A stretch of DNA of 64,000 nucleotides from SAR324 cluster bacterium JCVI-SC AAA005 (GCA_000224765.2 AGAU01000412.1:2529-66528), one strand, 5' to 3'; counted from the first letter of the stretch, positions 1 through 10,241 are shown. Notes: generated from the sequence alone by a model not told the origin. A program made the numbers and translations.

Positions 1-446
1 TAGCAATGGGTAAGGCAAAACAGTCGACCATGCTGCCGGGCCAGATCATCTAGCTGCACAGCCTGTTCTCTGTTAACAGCTATCGGTTTTTCGCAGATAA
101 CATCGATTCCTCTTGTCAGAAATGCTTTTGCTGCCTCAAAATGGATATGGGGAGGAGTTGCAATCAACACCACTTCAATCCCATCTTCTCGTTGCGCCTC
201 TTTTTCAGCCATTTCGTTGAAGCTGCCGTAAACTCGATTGGCGTCAATAAATTCTGCTCTTGCAGTGGCTGCAGAAACTGTAGGGTCTATAGAAAAAACT
301 CCTGCATAGAGTTCGAAAAAACCATCAACTCGCATTGCAGCCAAATGGGTTTCTCCGATTACAGAATCTCGTCCACCACCAACAAATCCAATGCGTAAGC
401 GACGACCAAAGCGACTACGGAGTTCATCAATATCAATTTCACTCAT
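1..446 (-). CDS. Gfo/Idh/MocA-family NAD(P)-dependent oxidoreductase, N-terminal part (gene runs off the window start)
   Basis: Not in the ORF track because it is edge-truncated. My translation of the minus strand from ATG at 444-446 is stop-free to position 1: MSEIDIDELRSRFGRRLRIGFVGGGRDSVIGETHL...VVLIATPPHIHFEAAKAFLTRGIDVICEKPIAVN. It shows a Rossmann glycine motif and the EKP motif of the family. Confidence 0.7.
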   Translation of the reverse strand, partial: MSEIDIDELRSRFGRRLRIGFVGGGRDSVIGETHLAAMRVDGFFELYAGVFSIDPTVSAATARAEFIDANRVYGSFNEMAEKEAQREDGIEVVLIATPPHIHFEAAKAFLTRGIDVICEKPIAVNREQAVQLDDLARQHGRLFCLTHC

Positions 447-512
447 CTGCTTGTCCCTTTATTGGAATGATTCTCGGGCAAGGTATCACATCTATTTTTG
501 CTGAACTAAGGC

Positions 513-1700
513 TCACTTTGTCTTTGAATCCGCTTTGCTTAATCGTTCCCGGTAGTTTACATACTCAAACTTTCCTGATTCTGCGGATCTCGCAATTGTT
601 TCTATCACTTCCGCAACTCGGTAGCCGTCTTTAAAGTCTGCCCTAGGCGAAAGATTTTTCGATACAGCAATGGCTTCCAGTATGTGGCGAGCTTGATGTG
701 CAAAGCATTCGTTCCATCCCAGTGGATGCTGTCCCTGAATTCCTGAAGGAAGCCAAAAATCGCTATAAGGTTGTCCTTTTTGAGTCACTAGTTGTGTGCG
801 TGGCCCCTTGTTCGGTTCATAAATGGCTAGTTCGTTGAGTCGTTCCATCTGAAAAGATAAGGATTTTTTTGTTCCATCTACCTCAATCCAGCCTCCCAGA
901 TTATGTGCTTTTGCAACTCTAGAAGCCTCAAAACTAGCGGTTGCACCGTTCTCAAACTCAGCAGCGCAAACAAAGGCATCATCATTCACATCTAGAATTT
1001 TCTGTTGTTTGTCTGTGGACCAAGTTTTGGTCAATGCACCAACACGAACTAATTCACCTACGAGGAACCTTGCCTGGTCAACATGATGCGAACCGAGGTC
1101 TCCCATAGCGCCCAAGCCTGCTTGAGACTTACTGAATCTCCAGGAAAGGTTGCCATCGTCTGTGAGCATGTTCAGTAAGAATCGAGATCGGAAGTGACGA
1201 ACCTCACCAATTTCGCCGGACTTGATCATTTCACGTGCAAGATTCAACGCAGGAATGGACCGATACATGAACGCACACATCTGGATGACACCAGTCTCTG
1301 AAACTTCATCCCATATTTGAAAAGCCTCATCCGCAGTAGAAGCTAAGGGTTTTTCGCAAAAGACATGTTTACCTCTTTTTGCTGCTGCAATCGTGGGCTG
1401 AGCATGAATATGATTCGGGCCAGCATTAATGAAGAGATCAATCTCCGGATCATCAATGATATCCCTCCAGTTTTCTGTACATTCTTCCCAGTCAAATCGC
1501 TCGCCAACTTTTGCACAAAGCTCAGAATCAACATCTGCCAGAATTTTGGGGCACACGTGAATTTTTGGTTCCCACATCGACGTGGCTGCATTTCTTAGAG
1601 CCAAAGTATGCATTTGTCCAATGAAGCCGGCTCCGAGAAGACCAACTGCAATTGTACAGATGTCTTCTAGTTCTCTTGAGTGAGGTGTGGTTTTGGCCAT
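513..1700 (-). CDS. Gfo/Idh/MocA-family oxidoreductase
   Basis: 395-aa ORF. N-terminal VGLLGAGFIGQMH Rossmann motif, CEKPLA motif, and a C-terminal dimerisation-type region. Confidence 0.85.
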   Translation of the reverse strand: MAKTTPHSRELEDICTIAVGLLGAGFIGQMHTLALRNAATSMWEPKIHVCPKILADVDSELCAKVGERFDWEECTENWRDIIDDPEIDLFINAGPNHIHAQPTIAAAKRGKHVFCEKPLASTADEAFQIWDEVSETGVIQMCAFMYRSIPALNLAREMIKSGEIGEVRHFRSRFLLNMLTDDGNLSWRFSKSQAGLGAMGDLGSHHVDQARFLVGELVRVGALTKTWSTDKQQKILDVNDDAFVCAAEFENGATASFEASRVAKAHNLGGWIEVDGTKKSLSFQMERLNELAIYEPNKGPRTQLVTQKGQPYSDFWLPSGIQGQHPLGWNECFAHQARHILEAIAVSKNLSPRADFKDGYRVAEVIETIARSAESGKFEYVNYRERLSKADSKTK

Positions 1701-2162
1701 AGATGGGTAAATGAAAAAAAGTTTAAAATCACTCCAGTGGGAAAACTAACAAACCACCGTTGCTCTCTTGAGATGCATCTAAAATACATACTAAATACTG
1801 ATTTAATTAACTAACATAAGAAATAAAATTGTTTGATAAATTAATCATCAGCTACATAATGACGTTCTCACACTTGAAAATAGCAAAAAAAAACAGAAAA
1901 ACTTCAGTCTAAAAGATCAAAAGAAAAATGATCAGTATTTCGGAGAGAATTCGAGTATTGGACAACTTTGCCATTCATTTCAAAGAATCTACAGAAGGAA
2001 TAACTCTTTCCCGATTTTGAGGCATCAATGATCTGGAAAGAGTTGCTTTGTTCAAAATTACACAGAAAAAGATCGACATTTAGGCTTTTTCAGGTAATCA
2101 AATGAGGCCTTTTCGCTCAGTTTGAGCAATGTCTCTTCACTCTTGATAAGAGGAAACCAACC

Positions 2163-3161
2163 ATGAGCTTCAGCCACAAATTATTGACCGGACTTGTTAC
2201 TGCTGGACTTGTTCTGGGTAGTAGCCTGATTGCCCTACCAAGCTGGGCTGCTGACAAAGTGAAGCTGCGCATGTCCTGTCCTTGTACAGAGACCGATCTA
2301 CGCAGCCAAGGTCTACAGAATGTATTTGCCGCCAAGGTCAGCAGCTTTGCTGACTATCAGCCACACTACAACGCTACCCTTTTCAAGCAGGGTACTGAAT
2401 TGACGGCAATTGCCCGTGGCAACCTGGAAATGTCAATTACCTCTGCTCAGGAATTGGCCAAGCTGATTCCAGACTGGTCCGTTTTCACTGCTGGCTATCT
2501 GCTACGTGATGCAGACCATCAGCGTAAGGTTTTCACTAGTGATATCGGCAAGGAATTCTTTCAAATGGCTGAGGACAAGCTCGGAGTCAAACTGCTGGGT
2601 GTGATGTATTTTGGCAAGCGCCACTTGAACCTACGCACCGATAAGAAAGTGATGACTCCAGACGACATGGCTGGAGTCAAACTGCGCATGCCTGGAACTG
2701 ATGCCTGGCAATTCCTCGGGAAAGCCTTGGGTGCCAATCCAACCCCGATGGCCTTCACTGAGGTCTACACTGGTCTTCAAACAGGCGCGATTGATGGACA
2801 GGACAATCCACTGCCCACCGACAAGGACAAAAAGTTCTATGAGGTCACCAAGCAGATCATCCTGACTGGTCACCTAGCAGACATGAACTTTCTTGCTCTC
2901 AGCAAAAAAGCTTGGGACGGAATGACCGCTTCCCAACAAGACCAACTGCAGAAGGCTGCTAACGATGCGATGATGGTGATCAGCATCAACGTCGAGTCAC
3001 ACGAAGCCTTGTTGGAAGACTTCTTCCGCAAGGAGGGACTACAAGTCTACACTCCAAACGTGGACGCCTTTCGCAAGCGAGCTCAGGAAATGTATCTGGC
3101 CTCTGACTTCTCCAAGGGATGGCCCAAGGGCGTTGTCGAGCGAGTCAACGCTATTCGCTGA
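2163..3161 (+). CDS. dctP: TRAP transporter substrate-binding protein (DctP family)
   Basis: 332-aa ORF with a signal peptide (LVLGSSLIALPSWAADK) and DctP-like length and sequence. It is directly followed by the small and large TRAP permease genes. Confidence 0.85.
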   Translation: MSFSHKLLTGLVTAGLVLGSSLIALPSWAADKVKLRMSCPCTETDLRSQGLQNVFAAKVSSFADYQPHYNATLFKQGTELTAIARGNLEMSITSAQELAKLIPDWSVFTAGYLLRDADHQRKVFTSDIGKEFFQMAEDKLGVKLLGVMYFGKRHLNLRTDKKVMTPDDMAGVKLRMPGTDAWQFLGKALGANPTPMAFTEVYTGLQTGAIDGQDNPLPTDKDKKFYEVTKQIILTGHLADMNFLALSKKAWDGMTASQQDQLQKAANDAMMVISINVESHEALLEDFFRKEGLQVYTPNVDAFRKRAQEMYLASDFSKGWPKGVVERVNAIR

Positions 3162-3173
3162 TTACTATCTCTC

Positions 3174-3680
3174 GTGCCTTTCTTACGTTGGCTGAAGATT
3201 GGTGCTGACAGCGTGGCCGTCCTCTTTTTGGCGGCCATGTTTTGCAGCTTCATGCTTCAGATCATCTTCCGCTATCTCTTCAATCATCCCCTCAGTTGGA
3301 CTCTGGAAGCCTGTCTGATCACCTGGCTTTGGACAGTTTTCTGGGGTTGTGGCCTACTTTTGCGAGATCAGGATCACGTACGCTTTGACATCCTCTATCT
3401 AGCCGCTCCACACAAATTGCGTCGTTTGATGGCTGGCTTAGCTGCTGTCATCTTCCTGGTTGCCTACGCTGTTTCTCTTCCAGCAACTGCAGATTACATA
3501 GAATTCATGAAGATCGAGAGCAGTTCCTCCCTGAAGATCCGCCTGGACTACATCTTTGGGATTTATCTGCTCTTCGTGCTTGGAGTGCTTGGGCGATACT
3601 TCTGGCGGCTGGTACAAATTATTCGAGATCAGGATTTCGAAACTGGCATCTCTCACTCTGCGGAGCATTACAGTGAGTGA
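3174..3680 (+). CDS. dctQ: TRAP transporter small permease (DctQ family)
   Basis: 168-aa hydrophobic protein with four predicted TM segments, lying between the dctP-like and dctM-like genes. Confidence 0.8.
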   Translation: MPFLRWLKIGADSVAVLFLAAMFCSFMLQIIFRYLFNHPLSWTLEACLITWLWTVFWGCGLLLRDQDHVRFDILYLAAPHKLRRLMAGLAAVIFLVAYAVSLPATADYIEFMKIESSSSLKIRLDYIFGIYLLFVLGVLGRYFWRLVQIIRDQDFETGISHSAEHYSE

Positions 3681-4968
3681 AGCCTTTATTCTCTGCCTAG
3701 TGGCAATCTTTGGCTTAGCTGCTCTGGGTGCCCCGATTGCTCACTCGATCATCGTTGGTGCAATCGCTTTTCTGGCAGTTAATGGACAAGATCTCGCCCT
3801 GGCAGCTGAGCAAATCATTCAAGGACTCTACGAGAGCTTCGTGCTACTGGCTGTGCCACTGTTCATCGTAGCAGCCAATATCATGAACGCTGGAACAGTC
3901 TCAGATCGTCTGCTTCAATTCTGCGTGGCGTTGGTCGGAAGATTCCGGGGTGGGCTGGGTCATGTAAACGTGGTGGCTAGCATCATTTTCTCAGGAATGT
4001 CTGGTTCAGCCATTGCCGATGCAGCCGGAATTGGCAAGGTCATCATCAAAATGATGACAAAAGATAATCGCTACACGCCTGGTTTTGCAGCAGCTATTAC
4101 TGCGGCTTCCGCAACCATCGGCCCGATTATCCCACCATCAATCCCAATGGTCCTCTATTCACTTGTCTCAGATGCATCAATTGGCTATCTGTTTCTGGGT
4201 GGTGTTGTTCCTGGGCTACTAATGGGACTGGTTCTAATGATGATGATCGCCTACAAGGCCAAGACACTAAGCTTGAAAGCTGAGGCTCCAGTTCCTTTGA
4301 GAGAAATGCCCGGAGTAACACTCCGAGCCTTCCCAGCACTAATGCTGCCTGTCATTCTGCTCTTTGGGATCTACGGTGGAGCAACTACACCCACAGAGGC
4401 AGCCGCGGTTGCTGCAGCCTATGCGCTAATCCTGACAGCTTTCTTCTATCGATCGCTAAACTGGAAGGGGCTCTATCAGATTTTGCTGGAGAGCGCGCGT
4501 TCATCAGCAGCTGTGGGGCTTGTGATTGGTGGAGCGCTGATCCTGAACTACATTGTAGCCAGCGAAAACATTCCGAACCAACTGGCTGGAGTTCTCAAGG
4601 AAGTTGATATTGATCCTCTCATGTTTCTGTTGGGGATCAACCTACTCTTGCTGTTACTGGGATGTGTATTGGATGCCACCACGCTGATTCTTGTGGTGAT
4701 TCCTCTCTTCATTCCCTCCTGTCGAGCACTGGGAATCGACTTGGTTCACTTTGGTGTCGTTGTTGTAGTCAATTCGATGATTGGCCTCATTACTCCTCCC
4801 TACGGCATCTTGCTCTTTGTGATCAACGCCACGACGGGGATTCCCTTACGGAGCATCATCAAGGAGGTCGTTCCATTCCTGATGGCTCTTCTAGTTGCTC
4901 TCGCAACAATTGTACTCTCTCCAGACTTGGTCCTCTGGCTACCTCGACTGCTGGGCTACAATTCCTGA
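3673..4968 (+). CDS. dctM: TRAP transporter large permease (DctM family)
   Basis: The track ORF opens at 3556, but its first ~39 codons overlap dctQ. GTG at 3673 (VSEAFILCLVAIFGLAALGAPIAH...) overlaps the dctQ stop and gives a typical ~431-aa DctM. Confidence 0.85.
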   Translation: MSEAFILCLVAIFGLAALGAPIAHSIIVGAIAFLAVNGQDLALAAEQIIQGLYESFVLLAVPLFIVAANIMNAGTVSDRLLQFCVALVGRFRGGLGHVNVVASIIFSGMSGSAIADAAGIGKVIIKMMTKDNRYTPGFAAAITAASATIGPIIPPSIPMVLYSLVSDASIGYLFLGGVVPGLLMGLVLMMMIAYKAKTLSLKAEAPVPLREMPGVTLRAFPALMLPVILLFGIYGGATTPTEAAAVAAAYALILTAFFYRSLNWKGLYQILLESARSSAAVGLVIGGALILNYIVASENIPNQLAGVLKEVDIDPLMFLLGINLLLLLLGCVLDATTLILVVIPLFIPSCRALGIDLVHFGVVVVVNSMIGLITPPYGILLFVINATTGIPLRSIIKEVVPFLMALLVALATIVLSPDLVLWLPRLLGYNS

Positions 4969-4969
4969 G

Positions 4970-5485
4970 TCAGGCCAGGGCTTTGGCAAGATCGACGACT
5001 GATTCCCCTCCCAGTTTCAACAGAACCTGTGGATCCATCTTTACCTTGAGATCTCTTCCACCTCCTCCAACGATTATCCATTTACAGTCCATCACCCGAG
5101 AATCAATCCACAAAGGCAGCTCTGTTGGAAGCCCCAACGGAGTGACTCCTCCCACCTGCATCCCGGTTAAGGCCTTCATCTCTTCTGCAGTAGAAAAAGA
5201 AGTCTTGCGCACCCCCATCTTCTTGCGTAACTTGCCGTTGACATCCAAACGTGTTGTGGCCAAAACAACACATGCCACGAAGGTCTTCGGCTCTGCTTTT
5301 GATGCGATCACCAGTGTATTGGCAGACTGATCCAGTGGAACGTTGTAGTGAGTACAAAAATCAGCAGTATCCGCTAGTGCTGGGTCGATCTCAATGATCT
5401 CAAAGGTGAGTCCCAGCGGATTCAGGACATTTTCCAATTCGGTTTGATTCATCGGTTCCATTAGATCGTTGGTCTTTCCCACCAA
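4970..5485 (-). CDS. YbaK/ProX-type aminoacyl-tRNA editing (deacylase) domain protein
   Basis: 171-aa ORF with the MQVGGVTPLGL motif and the overall YbaK/prolyl-tRNA-synthetase-associated domain pattern. Confidence 0.75.
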   Translation of the reverse strand: MVGKTNDLMEPMNQTELENVLNPLGLTFEIIEIDPALADTADFCTHYNVPLDQSANTLVIASKAEPKTFVACVVLATTRLDVNGKLRKKMGVRKTSFSTAEEMKALTGMQVGGVTPLGLPTELPLWIDSRVMDCKWIIVGGGGRDLKVKMDPQVLLKLGGESVVDLAKALA

Positions 5486-5527
5486 GTGGAAAAATCGAGT
5501 TACTGACTATGGGTTGAGAAAAAGTAT

Positions 5528-6457
5528 TCAGGCTGTTGCTTTCTCTCGGGTGGATCGGGGCACGGCCGACTTGCGGAAAAGCAGCATTCCACTCAGCATC
5601 AACAGCATTCCACCAGCATGGTACCACTGAAAATTCTCACCTAGGAAGATAATTGCCAAGAGTGAGGCAAAAATCGGAACTAGGTTGATGAAGAGTCCTC
5701 CCAAGTTAGGGCCTATCAACTCAATTCCTCGATTCCAAAAGAGAAACGCAAGGATCGATGGAAATATGGATACATAACCCACCGCCCAGATGAGTTGTGA
5801 ACTGCCCTGAGGCAACCCTATCCAATACCACTCGAGTAGCATCAGAGGAATCAACATGCTACCTCCCAGGGCAAAGGTGACCGCTAGTAAACTCATCAAG
5901 CTGATGGCTGGTTTCACCCTAAGTAGTGTGGTGTAAGAGGCATAGGCCAACACTGCTGGTAGCAAACAGAGATCTCCAGGTACTAATTCAAACTTCCGCA
6001 ATATCTCCCAACTTCCCTGAAACAGCACCAATCCCACTCCTAAAAAACAGAGTAGGAGACCGTACCATTGGCGTTGGTTTGTATGTTCACCAAACCACCA
6101 CCAAGAAAGTAGCACAATCACTGCGGGTCCAGCTGATTGCATCAACGCCGCATTGATCGCTTGAGTTGTTTGTAGCGCTACATAGAAGAGAGTGTTGAAG
6201 ATCGTGATTCCCAGCAGAGAGAGCAGAAGTAATATCTTCCAGGAGCTGCGAATCATCCGCCAGTCACGTCGTATCGAAGGCAGAGCAAAGGGTAGAATCA
6301 AGAGAAAAGCAACTGTCCAACGTATCCAGGCGAGCGTGATTGGCGAAATGAACTCAGTCATTCCTCGACCCACTACCGCATTGCCACCCCAGAATAAAGG
6401 AACCAAGGTCAACAGCAGGTAGGGCTGAGCAAAAAACCATTCACGCAGTTGCTGCAA
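5528..6457 (-). CDS. EamA/DMT-family transporter
   Basis: 309-aa polytopic membrane protein with about 10 TM segments and the two-EamA-repeat architecture. Confidence 0.8.
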   Translation of the reverse strand: MQQLREWFFAQPYLLLTLVPLFWGGNAVVGRGMTEFISPITLAWIRWTVAFLLILPFALPSIRRDWRMIRSSWKILLLLSLLGITIFNTLFYVALQTTQAINAALMQSAGPAVIVLLSWWWFGEHTNQRQWYGLLLCFLGVGLVLFQGSWEILRKFELVPGDLCLLPAVLAYASYTTLLRVKPAISLMSLLAVTFALGGSMLIPLMLLEWYWIGLPQGSSQLIWAVGYVSIFPSILAFLFWNRGIELIGPNLGGLFINLVPIFASLLAIIFLGENFQWYHAGGMLLMLSGMLLFRKSAVPRSTREKATA

Positions 6458-7478
6458 TATACTCGTCTACGGCTTGGAGATGGCGTTGAACTTCTCCTTG
6501 TGGAAGAAAGCTGGCTTTGAATCCGTTCTGAACCAAGTGCAATGCCTGCTCTTGAGTGAGATCCAGCTCTTGGTGCAATGCGAAGAAATTTTCGTTCAAG
6601 TAACCGCCAAAATACGCAGGATCATCTGAATTAACAGTCACACAAAGACCAGCATCCAACAGCTGCAGCAAGTTGTGTTGTTTCATTTCTGGGAAAACGC
6701 AGAGGCGGATATTCGAGAGAGGACAGACAGTCAACGGCACCTGCTCTTCAGCAAGCCTTTGCATTAACTTTTCGTCTTCTGCAGAACGAACTCCGTGATC
6801 AATCCGATGAACCTTCAACAGATCAAGAGTTCTCCAGACATAGGCAGGAGGCCCTTCTTCGCCTGCATGAGCGATCCGACGATAGCCCTGTTCCTGAGCT
6901 TGGGCGTAGAGTCGTGCAAACTTTTCTGGAGGATGCCCCATTTCTGAACTAGCCAACCCAATTGCGACGAAACGTTCGCGGTAGGGTTCGACTTTCTTGA
7001 GCAAAGCCAGCGCTTCCTCTTCTGACAAGTGTCGGAGAAAGCTAAGAATTAACAAAGTCGACTGGCCCCAGTCTTTTTGTGCTTCCTGGATTGCAGATTC
7101 AAACCCAGACAGCACCGTCTGCAGAGAGACTCCTTGCGGGAAGTAGGTTTGTGGCTCCACCATGATCTCAGTATGGACTATGTTCTGTTCCCGACACTTG
7201 AGCAGGTAGTCCCACATCAGATGATAGAAATCCTCTTCGTTACGCAACACAGAGGCACCAAGATAGTAAAGATCAAGAAAGCTCTGCAAGTTTTCAAAAT
7301 CATAGGCTGCTTTAATTTCCTCCACACTGTGGTAGGGCAGTGCCACTGTGTTTTTCTTAGCTAGTTTCAGAAGTCGCTCAGGCTGCAGAGAACCATCAAT
7401 GTGCAGGTGCAACTCACACTTGGGCAAGCCCGTCAGCCACTTTTGCCAGTCTTGTCTGCTTTGCATCTCAACCTCCAA
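6441..7478 (-). CDS. add: adenosine/adenine deaminase (ADA family)
   Basis: Motifs LPKCELHLHIDGSL, HAGEEG and TVNSDDPAYFGGY are diagnostic of the metal-dependent adenosine deaminase fold. Its 3' end overlaps the EamA gene start by 17 nt. Confidence 0.85.
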   Translation of the reverse strand: MEVEMQSRQDWQKWLTGLPKCELHLHIDGSLQPERLLKLAKKNTVALPYHSVEEIKAAYDFENLQSFLDLYYLGASVLRNEEDFYHLMWDYLLKCREQNIVHTEIMVEPQTYFPQGVSLQTVLSGFESAIQEAQKDWGQSTLLILSFLRHLSEEEALALLKKVEPYRERFVAIGLASSEMGHPPEKFARLYAQAQEQGYRRIAHAGEEGPPAYVWRTLDLLKVHRIDHGVRSAEDEKLMQRLAEEQVPLTVCPLSNIRLCVFPEMKQHNLLQLLDAGLCVTVNSDDPAYFGGYLNENFFALHQELDLTQEQALHLVQNGFKASFLPQGEVQRHLQAVDEYIAATA

Positions 7479-7517
7479 GAATATTCAACTCTCAAAGAGC
7501 TAGAAGATCTGCCTGAA

Positions 7518-8690
7518 TCAGTTGAGCAGTCCTCGACGAGCCAGATTACGCATCAAATCTGCAGTACCAAAGGTCCAGGGGGGACAGTCTGGACTGAGGG
7601 CCACCTGGTTGCTGAGCGCACCGAGACAAGGAGTCTTGATGGTCACCCAATCTCCCACTTTGTGAGTGAAGCCTCCTCCCGGAGTATCTCGGTCCTTCGT
7701 AGGCGCAAACATAGTTCCAAGAAACAGCACCAGACCATCTGGATACTGATGATGAGGACCAATCGTTGCCTGGGTCAACTCTTCAGGACTCCGGCTGATC
7801 CGGTTCATTGAACTGCTTCCCTCCAAACGGAATCCTTCGGGACCAACGATTTCTAACTGCACCTCTGCTTGCTTGACATCTTCCAAGCTGAAATTCACAT
7901 CAAATAATCGTAGGAACGGCCCCAGTGAGCAACTAGCATTATTGTCTTTAGCCTTGCCTAGCAGAAGGGCTGAGCGTCCTTCCACATCCCTCAGATTGAC
8001 ATCGTTACCCAACATCGCCCCCACAATTTCTGCACGACTGTTTATCGCCAGCACCACTTCTGGTTCCGGATTGTTCCAACTAGAAATTGGGTGCAGGCCA
8101 ACCCGGGCTCCCAAACCAACTGAAGCCATCGGCTGAGCCTTGCTGAAGACTTCTGGATCAGGACCAATACCAACTTCAAGATACTGTGACCAGAGTTTTT
8201 GTTCAATCAGCAATTGTTTCAATTCCAGAGCAGCTTCTGAGCCTGGTTTGACCTGCGAAAGGTCTGAGCCAATCCGGCTCTGAACTTCTTCTCGAATCCG
8301 CTCTGCCTGCTTGGCATCTCCCTTAGCCTGCTCTTCAATGACTCGTTCCAGCAAGCTCTCCGCAAAGGTTACCCCACAGGCCTTGACTGCCTGCAAGTCA
8401 ACTGGTGCCAATAAACGTGAACGATAAGAATTCACTGTGGGTTCCAGTGAATTTGACAAAATCTCTACCAACGAGCCTAGGATTGGACCAGTAGTCTGAG
8501 CTATTGCAGCTGCAGGATTAGCTTGTTCCTGTAGGTCATGAACAGTTGGGAAAGAAGTGGTGATATCAAGTAAGTCACCATCCCGATAAACCACCACACA
8601 AGGCCCAGAGACCTCTGGATTCCAAACACGGCCGATCAAGCAGGCTCGCTCTGCATCTGTCGGAAGAATGGCTTCGGCTTCCAGTTGCAT
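7518..8690 (-). CDS. fumarylacetoacetate hydrolase (FAH) family protein, long form
   Basis: 390-aa ORF with an FAH-like C-terminal half (GNDVNLRDVEGRSALLLGKAKDNNASCSLGPF). It lies immediately downstream of the KGSADH-like dehydrogenase gene. Confidence 0.7.
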   Translation of the reverse strand: MQLEAEAILPTDAERACLIGRVWNPEVSGPCVVVYRDGDLLDITTSFPTVHDLQEQANPAAAIAQTTGPILGSLVEILSNSLEPTVNSYRSRLLAPVDLQAVKACGVTFAESLLERVIEEQAKGDAKQAERIREEVQSRIGSDLSQVKPGSEAALELKQLLIEQKLWSQYLEVGIGPDPEVFSKAQPMASVGLGARVGLHPISSWNNPEPEVVLAINSRAEIVGAMLGNDVNLRDVEGRSALLLGKAKDNNASCSLGPFLRLFDVNFSLEDVKQAEVQLEIVGPEGFRLEGSSSMNRISRSPEELTQATIGPHHQYPDGLVLFLGTMFAPTKDRDTPGGGFTHKVGDWVTIKTPCLGALSNQVALSPDCPPWTFGTADLMRNLARRGLLN

Positions 8691-8720
8691 CGTTTCTCTC
8701 AGTTAATGTGAAATGTGTTT

Positions 8721-10241
8721 TTAGTTCGTGCTCAAGTCAGCCGGCAGCAGTGCGTCTGGAAAGTTCTGGTAACAGACAGGCCGAACAAAACGCCGGATGG
8801 CCATGGTGCCGACCGAAGTGGCTCCAAAATTAGTGGAAGCTGGATAGGGTCCACTGTGCACCATGCTATCACAGACTTCCACACCAGTCGGGAAGCCGTT
8901 GACTAACAGGCGGCCTGCCTTGCGCTCCAGAGTTGGAAGCAGGGCTTGAGCCTCTTGGAGGTCTGAATCTTCTAGTTGTAGTGTACAAGTCAACTGCCCT
9001 TCCAAGGCCTCGGCAATTTGTAGCATTTCCTCTGGGCTTTCAGCCCGAACCACTAGGCCCAGGGGTCCAAAAACCTCGTGACTGAGCTCTGGGTTTGCCA
9101 ACCAATTTGCTGCAGTGGTTTCAAGAAGGTAGGGACTGGCGCTACGTTCAAGCTCCTCACTGGTCAACAATGCAGCTACGCCACTGACCCCCTGCATTCG
9201 TTGACAGCCCTGGCGATAGGCATTGGCAATTCCATCAGTCAACATCATTTGTGCAGTGACAGCAGCTAGTGCCTCCTTACTGGCTTTCACAAAGGCATCT
9301 GCATCACTACCGGAGAGTACCACTGCAATGCCAGGATTCGTACAGAATTGACCCACTCCCATTGTCAGTGAACCTGCCCAGCCCTGACCAATCGCTTGGG
9401 CACGCTGAGCCAGCGCCCCTGGCAACATAAAGACCGGATTGATACTGCCCATCTCAGCAAAAAATGGGATTGGCTCTGAGCGTTGCGCACAAATATCAAA
9501 GAGGGCTCGTCCTCCACGTAAAGAACCAGTGAAGCCCACTGCTTTGATACTGGAATGCTGGACTAGCATCTGGCCAACATGTCGGGCGTTTCCTTGAACC
9601 AGGCTAAAGACGCCTGCTGGCATCTTTGCAGCTTCAATCGCAGCCCGAATCGCATCAGCCACAATTTCACAAGTGCCCGGATGTGCTTCGTGTCCCTTGA
9701 CAACCACAGGACAACCCGCAGCGAGAGCAGAAGCGGTATCACCTCCTGCCGTGGAAAAGGCCAACGGGAAGTTAGAAGCACCAAAAACAGCCACTGGACC
9801 CACTGGACGCTGAACCATCTTTAAGTCGGGTCGTGTGAGAGGTTGGCGATCTGGCAAAGCCTCATCATGCCGTCGGTCCAGGTAATCTCCATTCAAAATG
9901 TGCTGAGCAAACAGCCTCAGTTGGCCTGTAGTTCGCCCTCGTTCCCCTTGGAGTCGGGCTGTAGGTAGGCCAGTTTCGCTGGTGCCAATCTCAGTGATGT
10001 CATCACCTCGTGCCCCAATTTCATCAGCAATCGCATTGAGCAGTTCAGCTCGTCGCTGCCGAGACGTTTGAGAAAAAGAGACAAAGGCTGCTTCTGCAGC
10101 AATGCATGCCTGATGTACCTGTTCTTCCGTCGCCACGCTGAAGGATTGTGGGGCTCCACTGACTGGTTGCGAAGTGAAACTGTCCTGGCTACGGACCCAT
10201 TTACCATTGATCAGGTTGGCACCTTGTGGAATAAAGCTCAT
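8721..10241 (-). CDS. NAD(P)-dependent aldehyde dehydrogenase, 2,5-dioxovalerate (alpha-ketoglutaric semialdehyde) dehydrogenase-like
   Basis: 506-aa ALDH-superfamily ORF (FGASNFPLAFS, GVGQFCTNPG catalytic Cys context). The length and motifs fit the KGSADH subgroup. Confidence 0.8.
   Translation of the reverse strand: MSFIPQGANLINGKWVRSQDSFTSQPVSGAPQSFSVATEEQVHQACIAAEAAFVSFSQTSRQRRAELLNAIADEIGARGDDITEIGTSETGLPTARLQGERGRTTGQLRLFAQHILNGDYLDRRHDEALPDRQPLTRPDLKMVQRPVGPVAVFGASNFPLAFSTAGGDTASALAAGCPVVVKGHEAHPGTCEIVADAIRAAIEAAKMPAGVFSLVQGNARHVGQMLVQHSSIKAVGFTGSLRGGRALFDICAQRSEPIPFFAEMGSINPVFMLPGALAQRAQAIGQGWAGSLTMGVGQFCTNPGIAVVLSGSDADAFVKASKEALAAVTAQMMLTDGIANAYRQGCQRMQGVSGVAALLTSEELERSASPYLLETTAANWLANPELSHEVFGPLGLVVRAESPEEMLQIAEALEGQLTCTLQLEDSDLQEAQALLPTLERKAGRLLVNGFPTGVEVCDSMVHSGPYPASTNFGATSVGTMAIRRFVRPVCYQNFPDALLPADLSTN

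Noticed and set aside
3556-3672. N-terminal 39-codon extension of the dctM ORF
   Set aside because: It lies entirely inside dctQ in another frame. GTG at 3673 overlaps the dctQ stop and gives the normal DctM length and N-terminus.
4662-5330. 222-aa plus-strand ORF
   Set aside because: It overlaps the 3' end of dctM out of frame and then runs antisense through the ybaK-like gene. Its S/R/C-rich low-complexity translation has no domain signature.
7401-7811. 136-aa plus-strand ORF (and many other 60-120-aa ORFs antisense to long genes, e.g. 10912-11439, 13488-13745, 23572-23928, 59696-60103)
   Set aside because: Each is embedded antisense or out of frame within a longer ORF that has clear family motifs. 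Their compositions are low-complexity (S/R/P/L-rich) and they have no start context.
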